A program made the translations under genes and the position numbers. A stretch of DNA of 64,000 bases, taken from assembly GCA_963703285.1 (NCBI GenBank), contig OY969807.1, positions 1,472,001 through 1,536,000 on the forward strand. Direction: 5' to 3'. Position 1 is the first letter of the stretch; the number at the start of each line of letters is the position of its first letter. Source of the DNA: an uncultured Nitrososphaerota archaeon (GTDB lineage Archaea > Thermoproteota > Nitrososphaeria > Nitrososphaerales > Gagatemarchaeaceae). Of this stretch, positions 19,253 through 30,590 are shown one piece after another. The notes under the pieces are model-generated. The model made no database searches and was not told the DNA's origin. It worked only from the letters and a program-made list of their open reading frames with translations.

Positions 19253-20089
19253 CTATCTGGGCCGCAGGGCCCGCCTCGCCATTAGAATCCCGACCACCGT
19301 GAAGGAGACGCCGTAGAGGACGAGGCCCGCGATGTCCCCGGTGAACGCCGTAGTCCGGGACGAGGAGAGCGGCCCGTTCACTATCAGGAGCCTCGCAGCG
19401 TTGCTGGCGAGGGAGACGGGGTTCGCTTGGGCGAAGGGCTTCATCCAGCTCGGGAAGAAGCTTATCGGGAAGAGGGCCGTGCTGGTGAACATTATCGGGA
19501 AGGTGAGGAAGTTGACGACCGCGAAGAAGCTGTCGACGCTCTTGACCGAGATGGCTATCCCGGTGAAGATACCGGAGAAGACCGCGGCCAGGAGCGCGAA
19601 GACCGCCAGGACACCGAGGAGGTCGAGGATGCCGAAGCCGCCGGCCAGCCTCAGGCCGTTGGGGACGACCAGCGCGAGGACGAAGGTGATCACCGCCGTC
19701 GCCATCGCCTTCGCCATGTTCTGGAGGACGGCCCCGAAGTAGATGGACGTGCGGGGGATCGGATAGGTGCTGAGCGTGTCCAGGTAGCCGCTCATCCTGT
19801 CCATGACGACGTCGACGCCCATGAAGCTCATCGTGGTGAGCGAGACGATTCCTATGACGCCGGGCGTGAGGAAGGTGATGTAGTTGACGGCTCCCCCGAA
19901 GGTCTGCTGGAAGAGCCCCAGGGAGCCCCCGCCGAGGGGCGAGGAGGAGAGCGCGTTCGCCGGGTTGAAGGAGTTGCCGAAGAGCACAAGCCAGAATATC
20001 GCCTGGATGAGCGCCGCGACGACCGCGAACGGGTTCCGCAGCCACTTCGCGATGGCCCGCTGGCCCAGGGCGAGGCTCTCCGAGATCAT
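19253..20089 (-). CDS. ABC-2 type exporter permease
   Basis: Six TM segments, YITFLTPG, DR.SGYL, FP..F.S.A.FP, ANP. Confidence 0.92.
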   Translation of the reverse strand: MISESLALGQRAIAKWLRNPFAVVAALIQAIFWLVLFGNSFNPANALSSSPLGGGSLGLFQQTFGGAVNYITFLTPGVIGIVSLTTMSFMGVDVVMDRMSGYLDTLSTYPIPRTSIYFGAVLQNMAKAMATAVITFVLALVVPNGLRLAGGFGILDLLGVLAVFALLAAVFSGIFTGIAISVKSVDSFFAVVNFLTFPIMFTSTALFPISFFPSWMKPFAQANPVSLASNAARLLIVNGPLSSSRTTAFTGDIAGLVLYGVSFTVVGILMARRALRPR

Positions 20090-21102
20090 GCTGACACCGC
20101 CTCCTTGGCGACGGGCGCGTGTGCAGAGAGGCCGTTGGACCCGGGCTCCTCGGCGTCCCTCATCGACCTGCCGGTCACCTCTAGGAAGACCTGGTCCATG
20201 GTGGGCTTGGTGAACGAGGTCTCCCTGATTTTCAGGCCTCTGGCCGTTATGCTCGCTATGATGTTCGGGAGCGCCGTCTCGACCCTCGGCAGTTTCAGCC
20301 TGTATGAGTCTCCGACGCGGGTCACTTGGGAGATCCCGTCCATCCCCTCCAGGAAGCCGGTGTAGTCGCCGCCTCCGTCGGAGAGCTCGATGGTGAGGAT
20401 GTCTCCGTGAAGGCTCTCCTTCAGCCGCGGCGGGGAGCCCGAGACCATGATCCTGCCGTGGTCCATTATAGCGACCCTGTGGGAGAGAAGGTCAGCCTCC
20501 TCCAGGTAGTGGGTCGTCATGAATATGGTCAGTCCTTCCCTGTTGAGCCGCTGGAGGTAGTCCCAGATCTTCGTCCTCGTCTGGATGTCGAGACCGACCG
20601 TGGGCTCGTCGAGGAACACGATCTTCGGCCTGTGAATCAGCGCGGTCGTTAGCTGGAGCCTTCTCTTCATCCCACCCGAGTAGGTGCGCACCCTCATGTC
20701 CCCCGCGTTCTCGAGCTCGACCAACGAGAGGAGTTCCCGGGCCCGCTCCTTCGCGACTTCCTTCGGGATGTGGTGGAGCTTCGCGGAGAGCAGGAGGTTC
20801 TCGATCCCCTTCAGTTCGCTGTCGAGCGTCATCTCCTGTGGAACCACGCCGATGATGGACCGGACCGCGGCCGGCTCCTTGCTCACGTCATGGCCGCCGA
20901 CCATCGCCCTGCCCTCCGTAATCGAGGCGAGCGTGGCCAGGATCCTCATTATGGTGGTCTTCCCGGCCCCGTTGGGACCGAGGAGCCCGAAGATCTCGCC
21001 TTCGTCGACGGAGAAGGTGACACCGTCAACGGCCCTCGCCGAGGGAGGGTAGACCTTCGTCAGGCCCTCGACCAGGATCGCCTTCTCCCGCCTTGCGTTC
21101 AT
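20086..21102 (-). CDS. ABC exporter ATP-binding protein (DrrA-like)
   Basis: GPNGAGKTT, YSGGMKRR, FLDEPT, TTHY. Confidence 0.95.
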   Translation of the reverse strand: MNARREKAILVEGLTKVYPPSARAVDGVTFSVDEGEIFGLLGPNGAGKTTIMRILATLASITEGRAMVGGHDVSKEPAAVRSIIGVVPQEMTLDSELKGIENLLLSAKLHHIPKEVAKERARELLSLVELENAGDMRVRTYSGGMKRRLQLTTALIHRPKIVFLDEPTVGLDIQTRTKIWDYLQRLNREGLTIFMTTHYLEEADLLSHRVAIMDHGRIMVSGSPPRLKESLHGDILTIELSDGGGDYTGFLEGMDGISQVTRVGDSYRLKLPRVETALPNIIASITARGLKIRETSFTKPTMDQVFLEVTGRSMRDAEEPGSNGLSAHAPVAKEAVSA

Positions 21103-21194
21103 TGCACCGGTTTTCCGGGCTTGCGAATTAATAGTCAGTGCACTTGCGATGGTCACTGGAAGTTAGTTGGCGGCCGTCCTCCCCCCGAGATGCT

Positions 21195-22268
21195 TCAGGG
21201 CTTGTACGCGACCAGCAGTTGGGACGCGGAGGTCCCTTTGAAGAGGCCTAGGTCGGATTCGGGCACGCCCGACTTCTTGGCGTACTCGAGAAGCGCGGGA
21301 TGGTCGACGCGAACCCGGGTGAAGCCCGCCTGCGTCGCCAGCTCCTCGAGCTCGTCGCTTTCGTAGAAGCGGATGCGGCTCGCCATCGGTTCCGGAGCCG
21401 CAGGCGTGCCCCTGATCTCCTTCGAAGCAGTGAAGGCAACGAACCGCCCTCCGGGCCGGAGCACCCTGAAGACCTCCCTGAAGGCGGCGGGGGGGTCGGG
21501 GAGGAATCCGAGCACCCCCGTCATCACCGCGCACGAGAACGTGTTGTCTGGATAGGGCAGCGAGTCCGCCTCCGACCTGGCGAGGTATAGCCGACGGGTT
21601 TCGACGGCCTCCTGGTTTGCCTCGGCCGCGACTCCGACCATGTCAGAGCTGTGGTCGACCCCGGCCGCGCGACAGCCGCTCTTCAGCGCTTCGTGAAGGA
21701 AAGCGCCGCCGCCGAAACCGACATCAAGAAGGTAATCGTCGGGGCCCAGAGAGAGGACGTCGAGTATCGCGAAGAAGTTGGGCCAGTGGTATGTCGGGTC
21801 GCGGTAGACGCCCCTGGAGCGCGCTCCAGATGGTCGGCGGGCATGCCTGTCTGTGAGCCAGTCTCCGAGCCTGCCCGGAAGCGAGGCCGAAATCAGCGGG
21901 GCGACGGCCTCGCCTGCGAACCATCCCAGCAGCTCCTCCTTCTCGTCACCGAGGACACGGCCCCAGCCCTGGCTCTCGACGGTCACACGGGTGGCCGCAG
22001 TGCCCCCGGGGGCGAAGGTAATCGTCAAGGTGCTCGGGGCGTCGGTCTCCCAGCTCTTTGAACGACAGTTAAGGGAGATCCGCTCGCCCGGTACCCATTC
22101 TTCGACGCTCCCGACCGCGACACCGCCCTCCCTGATGGTTCCTCCCATGTGGGGATCGAACTCCACGTCCCTCTCCTCAAGGGCGAGCTTGAGTTCATCG
22201 ACGAGGGTGACGAACGCGTGGGCCGGGACCAGCTCGAGGTCCGCGCTCACGACTATGCTCGAAGCCAC
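21195..22268 (-). CDS. SRPBCC-like domain fused to class I SAM-dependent methyltransferase
   Basis: N-terminal VEEWVPGERISL..TRVTVE..GW; C-terminal LLDVGFGGG, LPYPDNTF, RVLRPGGRF. Confidence 0.8.
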   Translation of the reverse strand: MASSIVVSADLELVPAHAFVTLVDELKLALEERDVEFDPHMGGTIREGGVAVGSVEEWVPGERISLNCRSKSWETDAPSTLTITFAPGGTAATRVTVESQGWGRVLGDEKEELLGWFAGEAVAPLISASLPGRLGDWLTDRHARRPSGARSRGVYRDPTYHWPNFFAILDVLSLGPDDYLLDVGFGGGAFLHEALKSGCRAAGVDHSSDMVGVAAEANQEAVETRRLYLARSEADSLPYPDNTFSCAVMTGVLGFLPDPPAAFREVFRVLRPGGRFVAFTASKEIRGTPAAPEPMASRIRFYESDELEELATQAGFTRVRVDHPALLEYAKKSGVPESDLGLFKGTSASQLLVAYKP

Positions 22269-22316
22269 GGCCGTCTGACGTGCTTCGTGGTTTTAACCTT
22301 GGCTCCTAATGTGATG

Positions 22317-23039
22317 CTAGCTGTCGGCCTTCGCCCTCTCCAGTACCTCGACGAGCATCTTCTCGCTCAGCTTGCCGGTATACGTGTTCCTCGGGCTCGG
22401 GTGATAGGAGCCGTAGAGCCGGGGAAGACCCTCGATCTCGACACGAACCCCGTGGGCGAACTTGACGCCTCTCAGGACACGGCCCCTTCTCCTCGCCAGG
22501 TCTAGGTACGCCCTGAAGGCGAGCTGGCCTAGTGCCACCACGGCGCGGAGGTTCGTGAGCAGCTCTAACTCGCGGTCCAGGTAACGGCTGCAGTTCCCGA
22601 ACTCCTTGGGCGTGGGCCTGTTGTCGGGAGGCACGCACCTCACGGCGGCAGTTATGTAGCACCCGCTCAGGAGCAGCCCGTCGTCCCTCGAGAGGGAGGT
22701 AGGCTGGTTCGCGAGACCTGTCCTGTACAGGGCCCGCATGAGGAACCTCGCCGATTCGTCGCCGGTGAACAGCCTGCCCGTCCTGTTCCCGCCGTGGGCG
22801 GCGGGCGCGAGGCCCATCACCATCAGCCAGGCGCGGGGGTCGCCGAAACTGGGAACCGGCCGCCTCCAGTACTCCTGGGACCTGAACGAAGCTCTCGCGG
22901 GCACGCTCTCCCTGAAGCTCGCCAGCCGGGGACACAGCCTGCAGGCAACGACGGCGTCTTCGAGCCGTCTGAGGCCGTTGTTTCGGTCAGGGCGTGCGCG
23001 CGTCAGCCCCTGCGGAGGGGTCGCTGGCGCGTTGGTCAC
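22317..23039 (-). CDS. Uracil-DNA glycosylase family 5 (UdgB-like)
   Basis: CRLCPRL, GLAPAAHGGNRTGRLFTGD, RCVPPDN, SYHPSPRN. Confidence 0.93.
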   Translation of the reverse strand: MTNAPATPPQGLTRARPDRNNGLRRLEDAVVACRLCPRLASFRESVPARASFRSQEYWRRPVPSFGDPRAWLMVMGLAPAAHGGNRTGRLFTGDESARFLMRALYRTGLANQPTSLSRDDGLLLSGCYITAAVRCVPPDNRPTPKEFGNCSRYLDRELELLTNLRAVVALGQLAFRAYLDLARRRGRVLRGVKFAHGVRVEIEGLPRLYGSYHPSPRNTYTGKLSEKMLVEVLERAKADS

Positions 23040-23476
23040 TCCAACTCTCGCTCCAGGAAGCTCTCTCCGATGTCTCCAATAGTCTGCTTGAACCCGCGCC
23101 TTTCATAGAAGCGCCTTGCCTCGCTCTGCGTCGTGGATGTCTCGATTGAGACGGCACCCATCCCTCTGGCGTGCGAAATCATGCTCTCGAGCAGGGATGC
23201 GCCCACTCCAGCGCGTCTGTGTGATGGTCTGACGTAGAAGGCGGTGATGAAGGCGTTTGGCGCGCCGTCAATGATATCGTTGTGCATCACGTAGTGGATT
23301 AGACCCACGACATTGGAGGAAGCTACGGCAACGAGAATCTCTTGGTTCGCCACTGCGCTTGCGATTGACTCACGCCTGCCGCGTGGCGGAGGGGAACCAA
23401 GCCATTCCACCAATAGCTCCCTAATTTGTTCGACGTCGTCCACGTCCGCCTTCCTCACGGTGCACGGTTGGTTCAA
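23036..23476 (-). CDS. GNAT family N-acetyltransferase
   Basis: YVRPSHRRAGVG, ARRFYERRGF. Confidence 0.88.
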   Translation of the reverse strand: MNQPCTVRKADVDDVEQIRELLVEWLGSPPPRGRRESIASAVANQEILVAVASSNVVGLIHYVMHNDIIDGAPNAFITAFYVRPSHRRAGVGASLLESMISHARGMGAVSIETSTTQSEARRFYERRGFKQTIGDIGESFLERELE

Positions 23477-23555
23477 TCCTCAGTCGAGCCCCCTCCTGAC
23501 AAGTTGGAGAGGGTAGTGGCGTAAGAAGATTTCCATCGGAAAGCGTTCTCGCGGC

Positions 23556-24335
23556 TCACTCGAAGGAGACATCAGTCCGCATGTAGGCCCTGACCGCGAG
23601 GAAGAGCATCACGACCGTCTCCCCGCAGAGAAGGAGCATCTGGTACCCGTCGATGGCGGTCAGGGTGCCGGAGTAGGCGCCCCTGACTGCGTCCGCCACG
23701 TAGGTGAGGGGATTGGCCACGAAGAGGGCCTTGATCTCCACGGGGAGGCTGCTGCTGAGGGGGTAGAAGACCGTGCTCGCGAAGTTGACGACGAATATGA
23801 CGAGTATCTGGATGCTGTTGTAAGCGTTGTTCGACTTCACCAGCGCCGAGATGAAGAGCATGAGGGAACCGAAGAATATCGAGCCGACGAGTATGGAGCC
23901 GAACATGATTGCGCCCCCGAGGAGCGTCACCGGCAGCGAACCCAGGAGCAGGAAGGCCCCGCCGAGCATCACCAGGGCTCCCCCGAGCGCGAAGACGACA
24001 GAGGTGAACATTATGCTCAGGAGGTACTGCAACCTCGTGAAGGGCCCCACGAGGAGCTGGGCCAGCATGCCCCACCGCCTGTCTGCCCAGAGGGCGCTGC
24101 CCCCCACCGTCCCCGCCATTACGCACTGGAACGACATTATTCCGGGAGTCAAGAAGGAGAGGTAGCCCGAAGGGGAGGACGAGGAAGAGAGGGAGGACGA
24201 GGCGAAGGAGCCGAAGCCGAAGCCGAAGAAGACCAGGTACATTGCGGGGAGGCCTATCAGGATGATGAGGCTGCCAGGGTCGGTGTTGACGACGATGTTC
24301 CTGTACATCAGCCTGAGGATGTTGGGTACTGGCAA
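23556..24335 (-). CDS. ABC-2 type exporter permease
   Basis: YLSFLTPG, DRRWG, FYP, ANPLTY. Confidence 0.92.
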   Translation of the reverse strand: MPVPNILRLMYRNIVVNTDPGSLIILIGLPAMYLVFFGFGFGSFASSSLSSSSSPSGYLSFLTPGIMSFQCVMAGTVGGSALWADRRWGMLAQLLVGPFTRLQYLLSIMFTSVVFALGGALVMLGGAFLLLGSLPVTLLGGAIMFGSILVGSIFFGSLMLFISALVKSNNAYNSIQILVIFVVNFASTVFYPLSSSLPVEIKALFVANPLTYVADAVRGAYSGTLTAIDGYQMLLLCGETVVMLFLAVRAYMRTDVSFE

Positions 24336-24338
24336 GCC

Positions 24339-25322
24339 TCAACCCTCCTCCTTGGTGACGGAGTCGATGAAAACGTCCTCGAGCGTGTTCTTCCTGACGT
24401 TGAGCCACTCAATCTGGACCCCCTTGACCTGAGAGAGGTCGATTATCCTCCGGAGGGCCTCCTTGGGTTCCCCCACTAGTATCACCGCGGAGTTCCCCGA
24501 GGACTTGACGCTCGATTCAGGTCCGAGCTCCTCCACCAAGTCCGCGAAGAAACCGGAGACGTCGCCTCCCGCCAGGGTCAGCTCGACCGTCTTCCTCCCC
24601 CCGTAGAGTTGCTTCAGGTTCTCCACACTGTCCATGGCAATTATCTTCCCGGATTCTATGACGGCTATCCTGTCGCAGAGGTAGTCAGCCTCCTCGAGGT
24701 TGTGCGTTGTGAAGAGGACCGTGAGACCCTTGGTGACCTGCTCCCTGATGGAGTCGAGGAGCTCCCTCCTCATGATGACGTCCAGCCCCACCGTGGGCTC
24801 ATCGAGGAAGAGCACGTCCATGTCGTGGATCATCTCCCTCGCGACCTGGACTCTGCGCTTCTGCCCTCCTGAGAGGTCGAAGGACCTCTGCTTCCGGATG
24901 CCCTCGAGCCCGAACATCTTGATGAGCTCCTCCCGGCGCCTTATCCTCTCTGCCTTCGGGATGCCCCAGAGGATGCCGTAGATGTCGAAGTTTCCCTGGA
25001 CCGTCGTGAAGTCGAACGACTCGCCCTGCTGGACGACTCCTATCCTGGACCTGATCTTCATCCCGTCGCGCTCGGGGTCCAACCCGAGTATGCTGACCTT
25101 GCCTGAGGAGGGCCGGAGGAGCGTCGTGAGGACCTTGATTAGGGTGGACTTGCCCGCGCCGTTCTTGCCGAGCAGGCCGAAGACCTCGCCCCTCCTGACA
25201 GTAAGGCTCACCCCGTCGAGGGCGTACCTCTTGCCGTCGTAGGTGTGCCGCAGGTCCTCCACACTTATGGCGGGGTCAGGTACCAAATCTCTCCGTGGGG
25301 TGCCTGGCGAGGTGGCTTGCAA
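24339..25322 (-). CDS. ABC exporter ATP-binding protein
   Basis: GKNGAGKST, LSGGQ, FLDEPT, TTHN. Confidence 0.95.
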   Translation of the reverse strand: MQATSPGTPRRDLVPDPAISVEDLRHTYDGKRYALDGVSLTVRRGEVFGLLGKNGAGKSTLIKVLTTLLRPSSGKVSILGLDPERDGMKIRSRIGVVQQGESFDFTTVQGNFDIYGILWGIPKAERIRRREELIKMFGLEGIRKQRSFDLSGGQKRRVQVAREMIHDMDVLFLDEPTVGLDVIMRRELLDSIREQVTKGLTVLFTTHNLEEADYLCDRIAVIESGKIIAMDSVENLKQLYGGRKTVELTLAGGDVSGFFADLVEELGPESSVKSSGNSAVILVGEPKEALRRIIDLSQVKGVQIEWLNVRKNTLEDVFIDSVTKEEG

Positions 25323-25513
25323 AGCAGAGACCTAGGGCTCCTGAATCCAAGCGATTTGAGGTTATCTCAGGGGCGAGGTACACAGCGGGACGCGGCGCGG
25401 AGGGATTGACAAAGGTCGCGCCTAGGGAGATACCTGCGATTTCCCAGCCCTGAGAGTCATGGCGCTGCTTTAAGTGGTGGCATGCGCCCTGACGAGAAGA
25501 GCGGCGAACCCTG

Positions 25514-26032
25514 ATGTACAAGCCAGCACGAGCTCCGGGGCGAGCTTCCTTCCCGCACCGAATGGCCTTCGGGCGTCTTGAGAAGGGGCACGCGGTCTTT
25601 CGGGCTGCAAGGTTCGCGGTCGCAACCGGCGTTGGCTTTCTGGTCTACGAGGCCGCCGTGATCGTGGGGGTGGCGACCCTTTACCATTCGATCCAGGTCC
25701 CGAGCTTCGCCAGCTCCTCGCTCACGATACTGGAGTTGGATGTAGTCGCGCTCGCCATCGGGAACACCGTCGCTTTTGAACTCAACGAGCGCGTCACGGT
25801 CAAGGGTCTGGTAGGGGGAGGGAGGAAGGGACCGCTCGGCTGGTCGGTGAGATGGGGCAAGTATCAGCTGTCTTCGCTGGTCGGAAGCGTGATAATCGTG
25901 GTGGTTCAGCTCTCGCTCCTCGCGACAATCTCGCTCTCCCCCGTCTTCGGGAACATTGTGGGTGCCATCGTCTCGTTCCCGGTGACGTACGCCATCTCGA
26001 TGCACTTCGTGTGGCGGGTCCGCCCGTTCTGA
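25514..26032 (+). CDS. GtrA family membrane protein
   Basis: RFAVATGVG, AFELNERVT, four TM segments, FVW end. Confidence 0.8.
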   Translation: MYKPARAPGRASFPHRMAFGRLEKGHAVFRAARFAVATGVGFLVYEAAVIVGVATLYHSIQVPSFASSSLTILELDVVALAIGNTVAFELNERVTVKGLVGGGRKGPLGWSVRWGKYQLSSLVGSVIIVVVQLSLLATISLSPVFGNIVGAIVSFPVTYAISMHFVWRVRPF

Positions 26033-26165
26033 GGAAAGGTCCAGGCGAGCCGCCTTCATTTCTCTTCGGGCCGGGGCCTTCTCGATGCGTCTTAGGCCAG
26101 TCGCCATTCGCCCGGCACGCTCAATCAAGCTTTTCTGGATGTCTCATAAGACACCGGTGCTCGCC

Positions 26166-26957
26166 ATGTTCCCACGAAGGGCGGCTGTCGACAAGGAAGG
26201 CGCACGGGGAGACCAAGAGGGCGGCAGGTCCTCAGTCCCCGTTGCACTAATCCTGGTCTTGGTCGTCGTCTTTCCTCTCGTCGTTGTGATAGCATACTTT
26301 GCGTCCCGGACCGTTCTTCCCGAGCTCTCCGGGCTCGTGTTCAGCTCGCCGCAGGGAGGCATTTTGGACGAATCCCTCACCTCCGTTCGGACACTGAACA
26401 GCTCCAGCATCCAGCAGCAGGTGACGGGTCAGCTGTTCTCGCCTCCGTCGATGGCGTTCCTCTCGCCCATCCTGAAACCGCTGCAGGTGAACTTCGTCGG
26501 GATCGTCCTGGTAGTCGCGGCGGCCATGGTCGGTCTCGTCGCCTGGAGGGGTCTCAGAACCAGGAGGAGACCGACGCCTGCCTTCGACGAGGAGGGTCTC
26601 GTCGCAGAGAGGAGACGGAAGGTCTCTGAGATCCTCGATGACGCCGCGGCGAGGTTGAACTCAGGTTCATCCTACAGGGAGACGGTGCTTCGCTGCTACA
26701 AGATGATCAGCGGACTCTTGGAGGAGAGGACAGACGTGGACGGCAGAACCCTCACGGCGCGCGAGTTCGAGGCGAGAGTCTCCGAGAAGCTGAGAATCGA
26801 GACGCCCGACCTCATCCAGGTCACGGACCTCTTCGAGCTCGCAAGGTACAGCGAGAGGGACATCACCAAGGAGCAGGCGCGGGCGGCGGCGGCCTGCCTG
26901 TCCAACCTCAGCGATTCGCTGAAGGAAATTGCTGTCTCAGTAAGCGATATTAAATGA
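26166..26957 (+). CDS. Membrane protein with DUF4129-like C-terminal domain
   Basis: CYKM...LTAREF...VTDLFELARYS; upstream of MoxR; start uncertain. Confidence 0.8.
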   Translation: MFPRRAAVDKEGARGDQEGGRSSVPVALILVLVVVFPLVVVIAYFASRTVLPELSGLVFSSPQGGILDESLTSVRTLNSSSIQQQVTGQLFSPPSMAFLSPILKPLQVNFVGIVLVVAAAMVGLVAWRGLRTRRRPTPAFDEEGLVAERRRKVSEILDDAAARLNSGSSYRETVLRCYKMISGLLEERTDVDGRTLTAREFEARVSEKLRIETPDLIQVTDLFELARYSERDITKEQARAAAACLSNLSDSLKEIAVSVSDIK

Positions 26958-26984
26958 CCGTCCTTCCAAGGTCGAGGTCTTCTC

Positions 26985-27615
26985 ATGGACCAGGATAGAA
27001 CCGGCCGCCGCGAGGGTGCCGGTGGGAGGGCGCGGCCGAGCAGGCGCTCAATCGAGCTCTGGGCCGCGCTTGCCATGCCCGTAGTCGTTCTCGTCTTCGC
27101 AGGCAGTCTCCTGGTAATCCCCCTGATCTACATCATCGTCATCTTGGACGGAATCGGCATTGCGTACGCTGTGGCCAGGAGCGGCGGGCCGTTCGGCGGC
27201 GGCACCATCACGAGCGACGAGGGAGGTGGTCCTGTCGGGAGCCCGGGCCGCCGAAGACCCGATAGGGCCGAGAGTCTGGCGTCGTATATCAAGCGGGCGA
27301 AGGGTTCCGAGTTTTCCCGAAGGGAGATAGCGCGGTCGGTGGCGCGAATAATGGGGCAGTCCAGTGCCCTGTCACCGGGAAGCGCGACCGCTGACCGGGA
27401 CCTCTCGGACGCCGTCAGGACGGTGGTCTATCCCTACCGGGACGACCCCGTGGTGAAAGCAGGGATGGGCCCGCTGGAAGAGAGGTTCTTCGGCGGGGAG
27501 AACGCCTCGGCCCTCCCGGAAAGGTCTCCGAGTCAGAGCAGGTACGTAGCGAGCCTCGAGGTGATAGTCTCTAGGCTCGATAGGGCAAGGACATCTCAGG
27601 GGGCGTGGCAGACAA

Positions 27616-27632
<17 letters not shown>
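26985..27632 (+). CDS. Membrane-anchored hypothetical protein (MoxR cluster)
   Basis: N-terminal hydrophobic segments; overlaps the MoxR start. Confidence 0.7.
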
Positions 27633-28608
<976 letters not shown>

Positions 28609-28623
28609 GCTGGAGGGGCTGCG

Positions 28624-30000
28624 ATGTCGGAGCGCGCCAGCACCGGGACGAGCTGGGAGGGGCTGAGGACCAGCCCAAGAGGGTACGCGCTCTTCGTCCT
28701 AGGTGTCGTGTCGTTCGTCGTCGGGCTCTTCGCCTCACGGCCGCTGGCGTTCGTCTCCATCCCCCTGATCATGCTGCTCGGATTCACTGCGCTCCGGTCG
28801 CGCGACCCCCGCGTCGACGTCGAGGTTACGAGGACGACCGAGAAGGTCCGGATTCGCCAGGGTGAGTCAACGCGGGTGAGGCTGAGGGTGAGCAACCTCG
28901 CCAGGACGCCCGTCTCGATGCTTCAGGTTGCAGACCACGTTCCCGCGGAGCTTCGGGGAAAGAGAACGATCAGCGGGTTTTCGCTCGCCCTCGGGCCGGA
29001 GGAGACCAGGGACCTGTACTACGAGGTGAGCGCGGGCGCGTTCGGGGTGCACAAGCTCGGTCCGATCCGCCTCTCCGTTCAGGACGCAACCGGGCTCTTC
29101 GAGTCCCAGACAAAGCTGGGTTCCTACACGAAGATGACCGTCTTCCCCGAGAGCACGGAGAGGCTTCGGCACTTCGCCATAAGGCCCCGCAGGACCAAGT
29201 CCTGGCCGGGGGAGATAGTGGCGAGGCGGACGGGCGCGGGCCTGGACTACTACAACATCAGGCAGTTCATGCCGGGTGACTCCGCGAAGCGGATCAACTG
29301 GAGGGCCTCCGCGAGGCACGATGCGGGGCCCGGCGAGTTCCTGGTCAACGAGTACATGGCCGAAGTCGGCGCAGAGGTCCTCATCATCGTCGATGCGGGA
29401 CGGGAGCAGTGGACCCCGCCGGGCAGGGAGTCGATCACAGTCCACTCGGCGAAGGCCGCCATCTCCATAGCCGAGAGGCTCCTGCACGACAGAAACCGTG
29501 TCGGTCTCCTCACCACGGGAGCGAACCCGAGCAGGATAGCGGCCGGCTACGGGAGGCGGCAGTTCGACAGGATTGCGCTCTCCCTCCTGCAGCTGAGGCC
29601 CGGCGCGTACGACGCCCCCGACATCCGCTGGCGGGTGGAGGCGAGCCTCCACACGTTCTTCCCCAACGTCGCCCAGGTGGTCTTCGTCTCCCCCCTCGCT
29701 GACGAGAACGCCATCGCCGCCGCTGCGGACGTCGCCCGTGGAGGCTGGCGCGACCTGATCGTCGTCTCGCCGAACCCGCTGGACTTGGGTGGGCCGGCGT
29801 CCAGGAGCCTCAGGTCCAGGGAGGGGAGGATCGCCAGAAGGCTCACCCAGATGGAGCGGGAGGCGGACATGGAGGGCCTCAGGGAGGCCAACGCGCTGGT
29901 CGTGGACTGGACCACCTCCGCCTCTCTCGAGGAGGTCATGGAGGTCCAGAGGAGGGCGCTGGCGAGGCACGCCGCGGTCTCGGCGAGGAGCGGGCGATAG
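28624..30000 (+). CDS. DUF58 domain protein
   Basis: IRQFMPGD..KRINWRASAR, VLIIVD; follows MoxR. Confidence 0.92.
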   Translation: MSERASTGTSWEGLRTSPRGYALFVLGVVSFVVGLFASRPLAFVSIPLIMLLGFTALRSRDPRVDVEVTRTTEKVRIRQGESTRVRLRVSNLARTPVSMLQVADHVPAELRGKRTISGFSLALGPEETRDLYYEVSAGAFGVHKLGPIRLSVQDATGLFESQTKLGSYTKMTVFPESTERLRHFAIRPRRTKSWPGEIVARRTGAGLDYYNIRQFMPGDSAKRINWRASARHDAGPGEFLVNEYMAEVGAEVLIIVDAGREQWTPPGRESITVHSAKAAISIAERLLHDRNRVGLLTTGANPSRIAAGYGRRQFDRIALSLLQLRPGAYDAPDIRWRVEASLHTFFPNVAQVVFVSPLADENAIAAAADVARGGWRDLIVVSPNPLDLGGPASRSLRSREGRIARRLTQMEREADMEGLREANALVVDWTTSASLEEVMEVQRRALARHAAVSARSGR

Positions 30001-30002
30001 GG

Positions 30003-30569
30003 GTGCAGCCTGTGAGTTCAGGCGGAGGGAGGGGTCCTGCGAGAAGGGTGCTCGCGTTGCCGCCCGAGGTCCTCTCCTTCCTGCTGTTCTGCGCCCTGTC
30101 GCTCTCGGCGATCGCCCTCTTCCCCGGGTCCTATCTCTTCTTCATAGGGCTCGTGGCCGCCGATGGGTTCGCGACGCTCGCGAACGGTGATACCGCCGTC
30201 GCCGTGGTGAGGTCGGCCTTCTTCCTGGCGCTGCTGGACCTGTCTGTCTTGGCCGGCCCGCACAGCATCCTCTTCATCTTCCTGGTGATGATCCTGGCGA
30301 TCGCCGTTCTCGACGTCTCTTTCCTGCTCAGGAGGCTCCGGGGCACCCTGGTCGATGCGTCCGTGATCACGGGCAGGCTGAGGTCCTACGCCTACACCCT
30401 CCTCCCTGCGTTCCTGCTCTCGTACGTGCTGACCTACGCGTACTCGCTCGCGCTCGGGTTCGTCTCGGCGGAACCGGTCGTTCTGCTCGCCGTGTCGTCC
30501 ACCGTCGCGTTGTTGGTTGTGTATGCCGTCTCCCGCCACCTCTCGCCCCGCGTCGCCCCCCGGCGATAG
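30003..30569 (+). CDS. Integral membrane protein (MoxR cluster)
   Basis: Highly hydrophobic, starts 3 nt after the DUF58 stop. Confidence 0.75.
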   Translation: MQPVSSGGGRGPARRVLALPPEVLSFLLFCALSLSAIALFPGSYLFFIGLVAADGFATLANGDTAVAVVRSAFFLALLDLSVLAGPHSILFIFLVMILAIAVLDVSFLLRRLRGTLVDASVITGRLRSYAYTLLPAFLLSYVLTYAYSLALGFVSAEPVVLLAVSSTVALLVVYAVSRHLSPRVAPRR

Positions 30570-30590
30570 GTCCGTCGGGGGCTAACCGAC

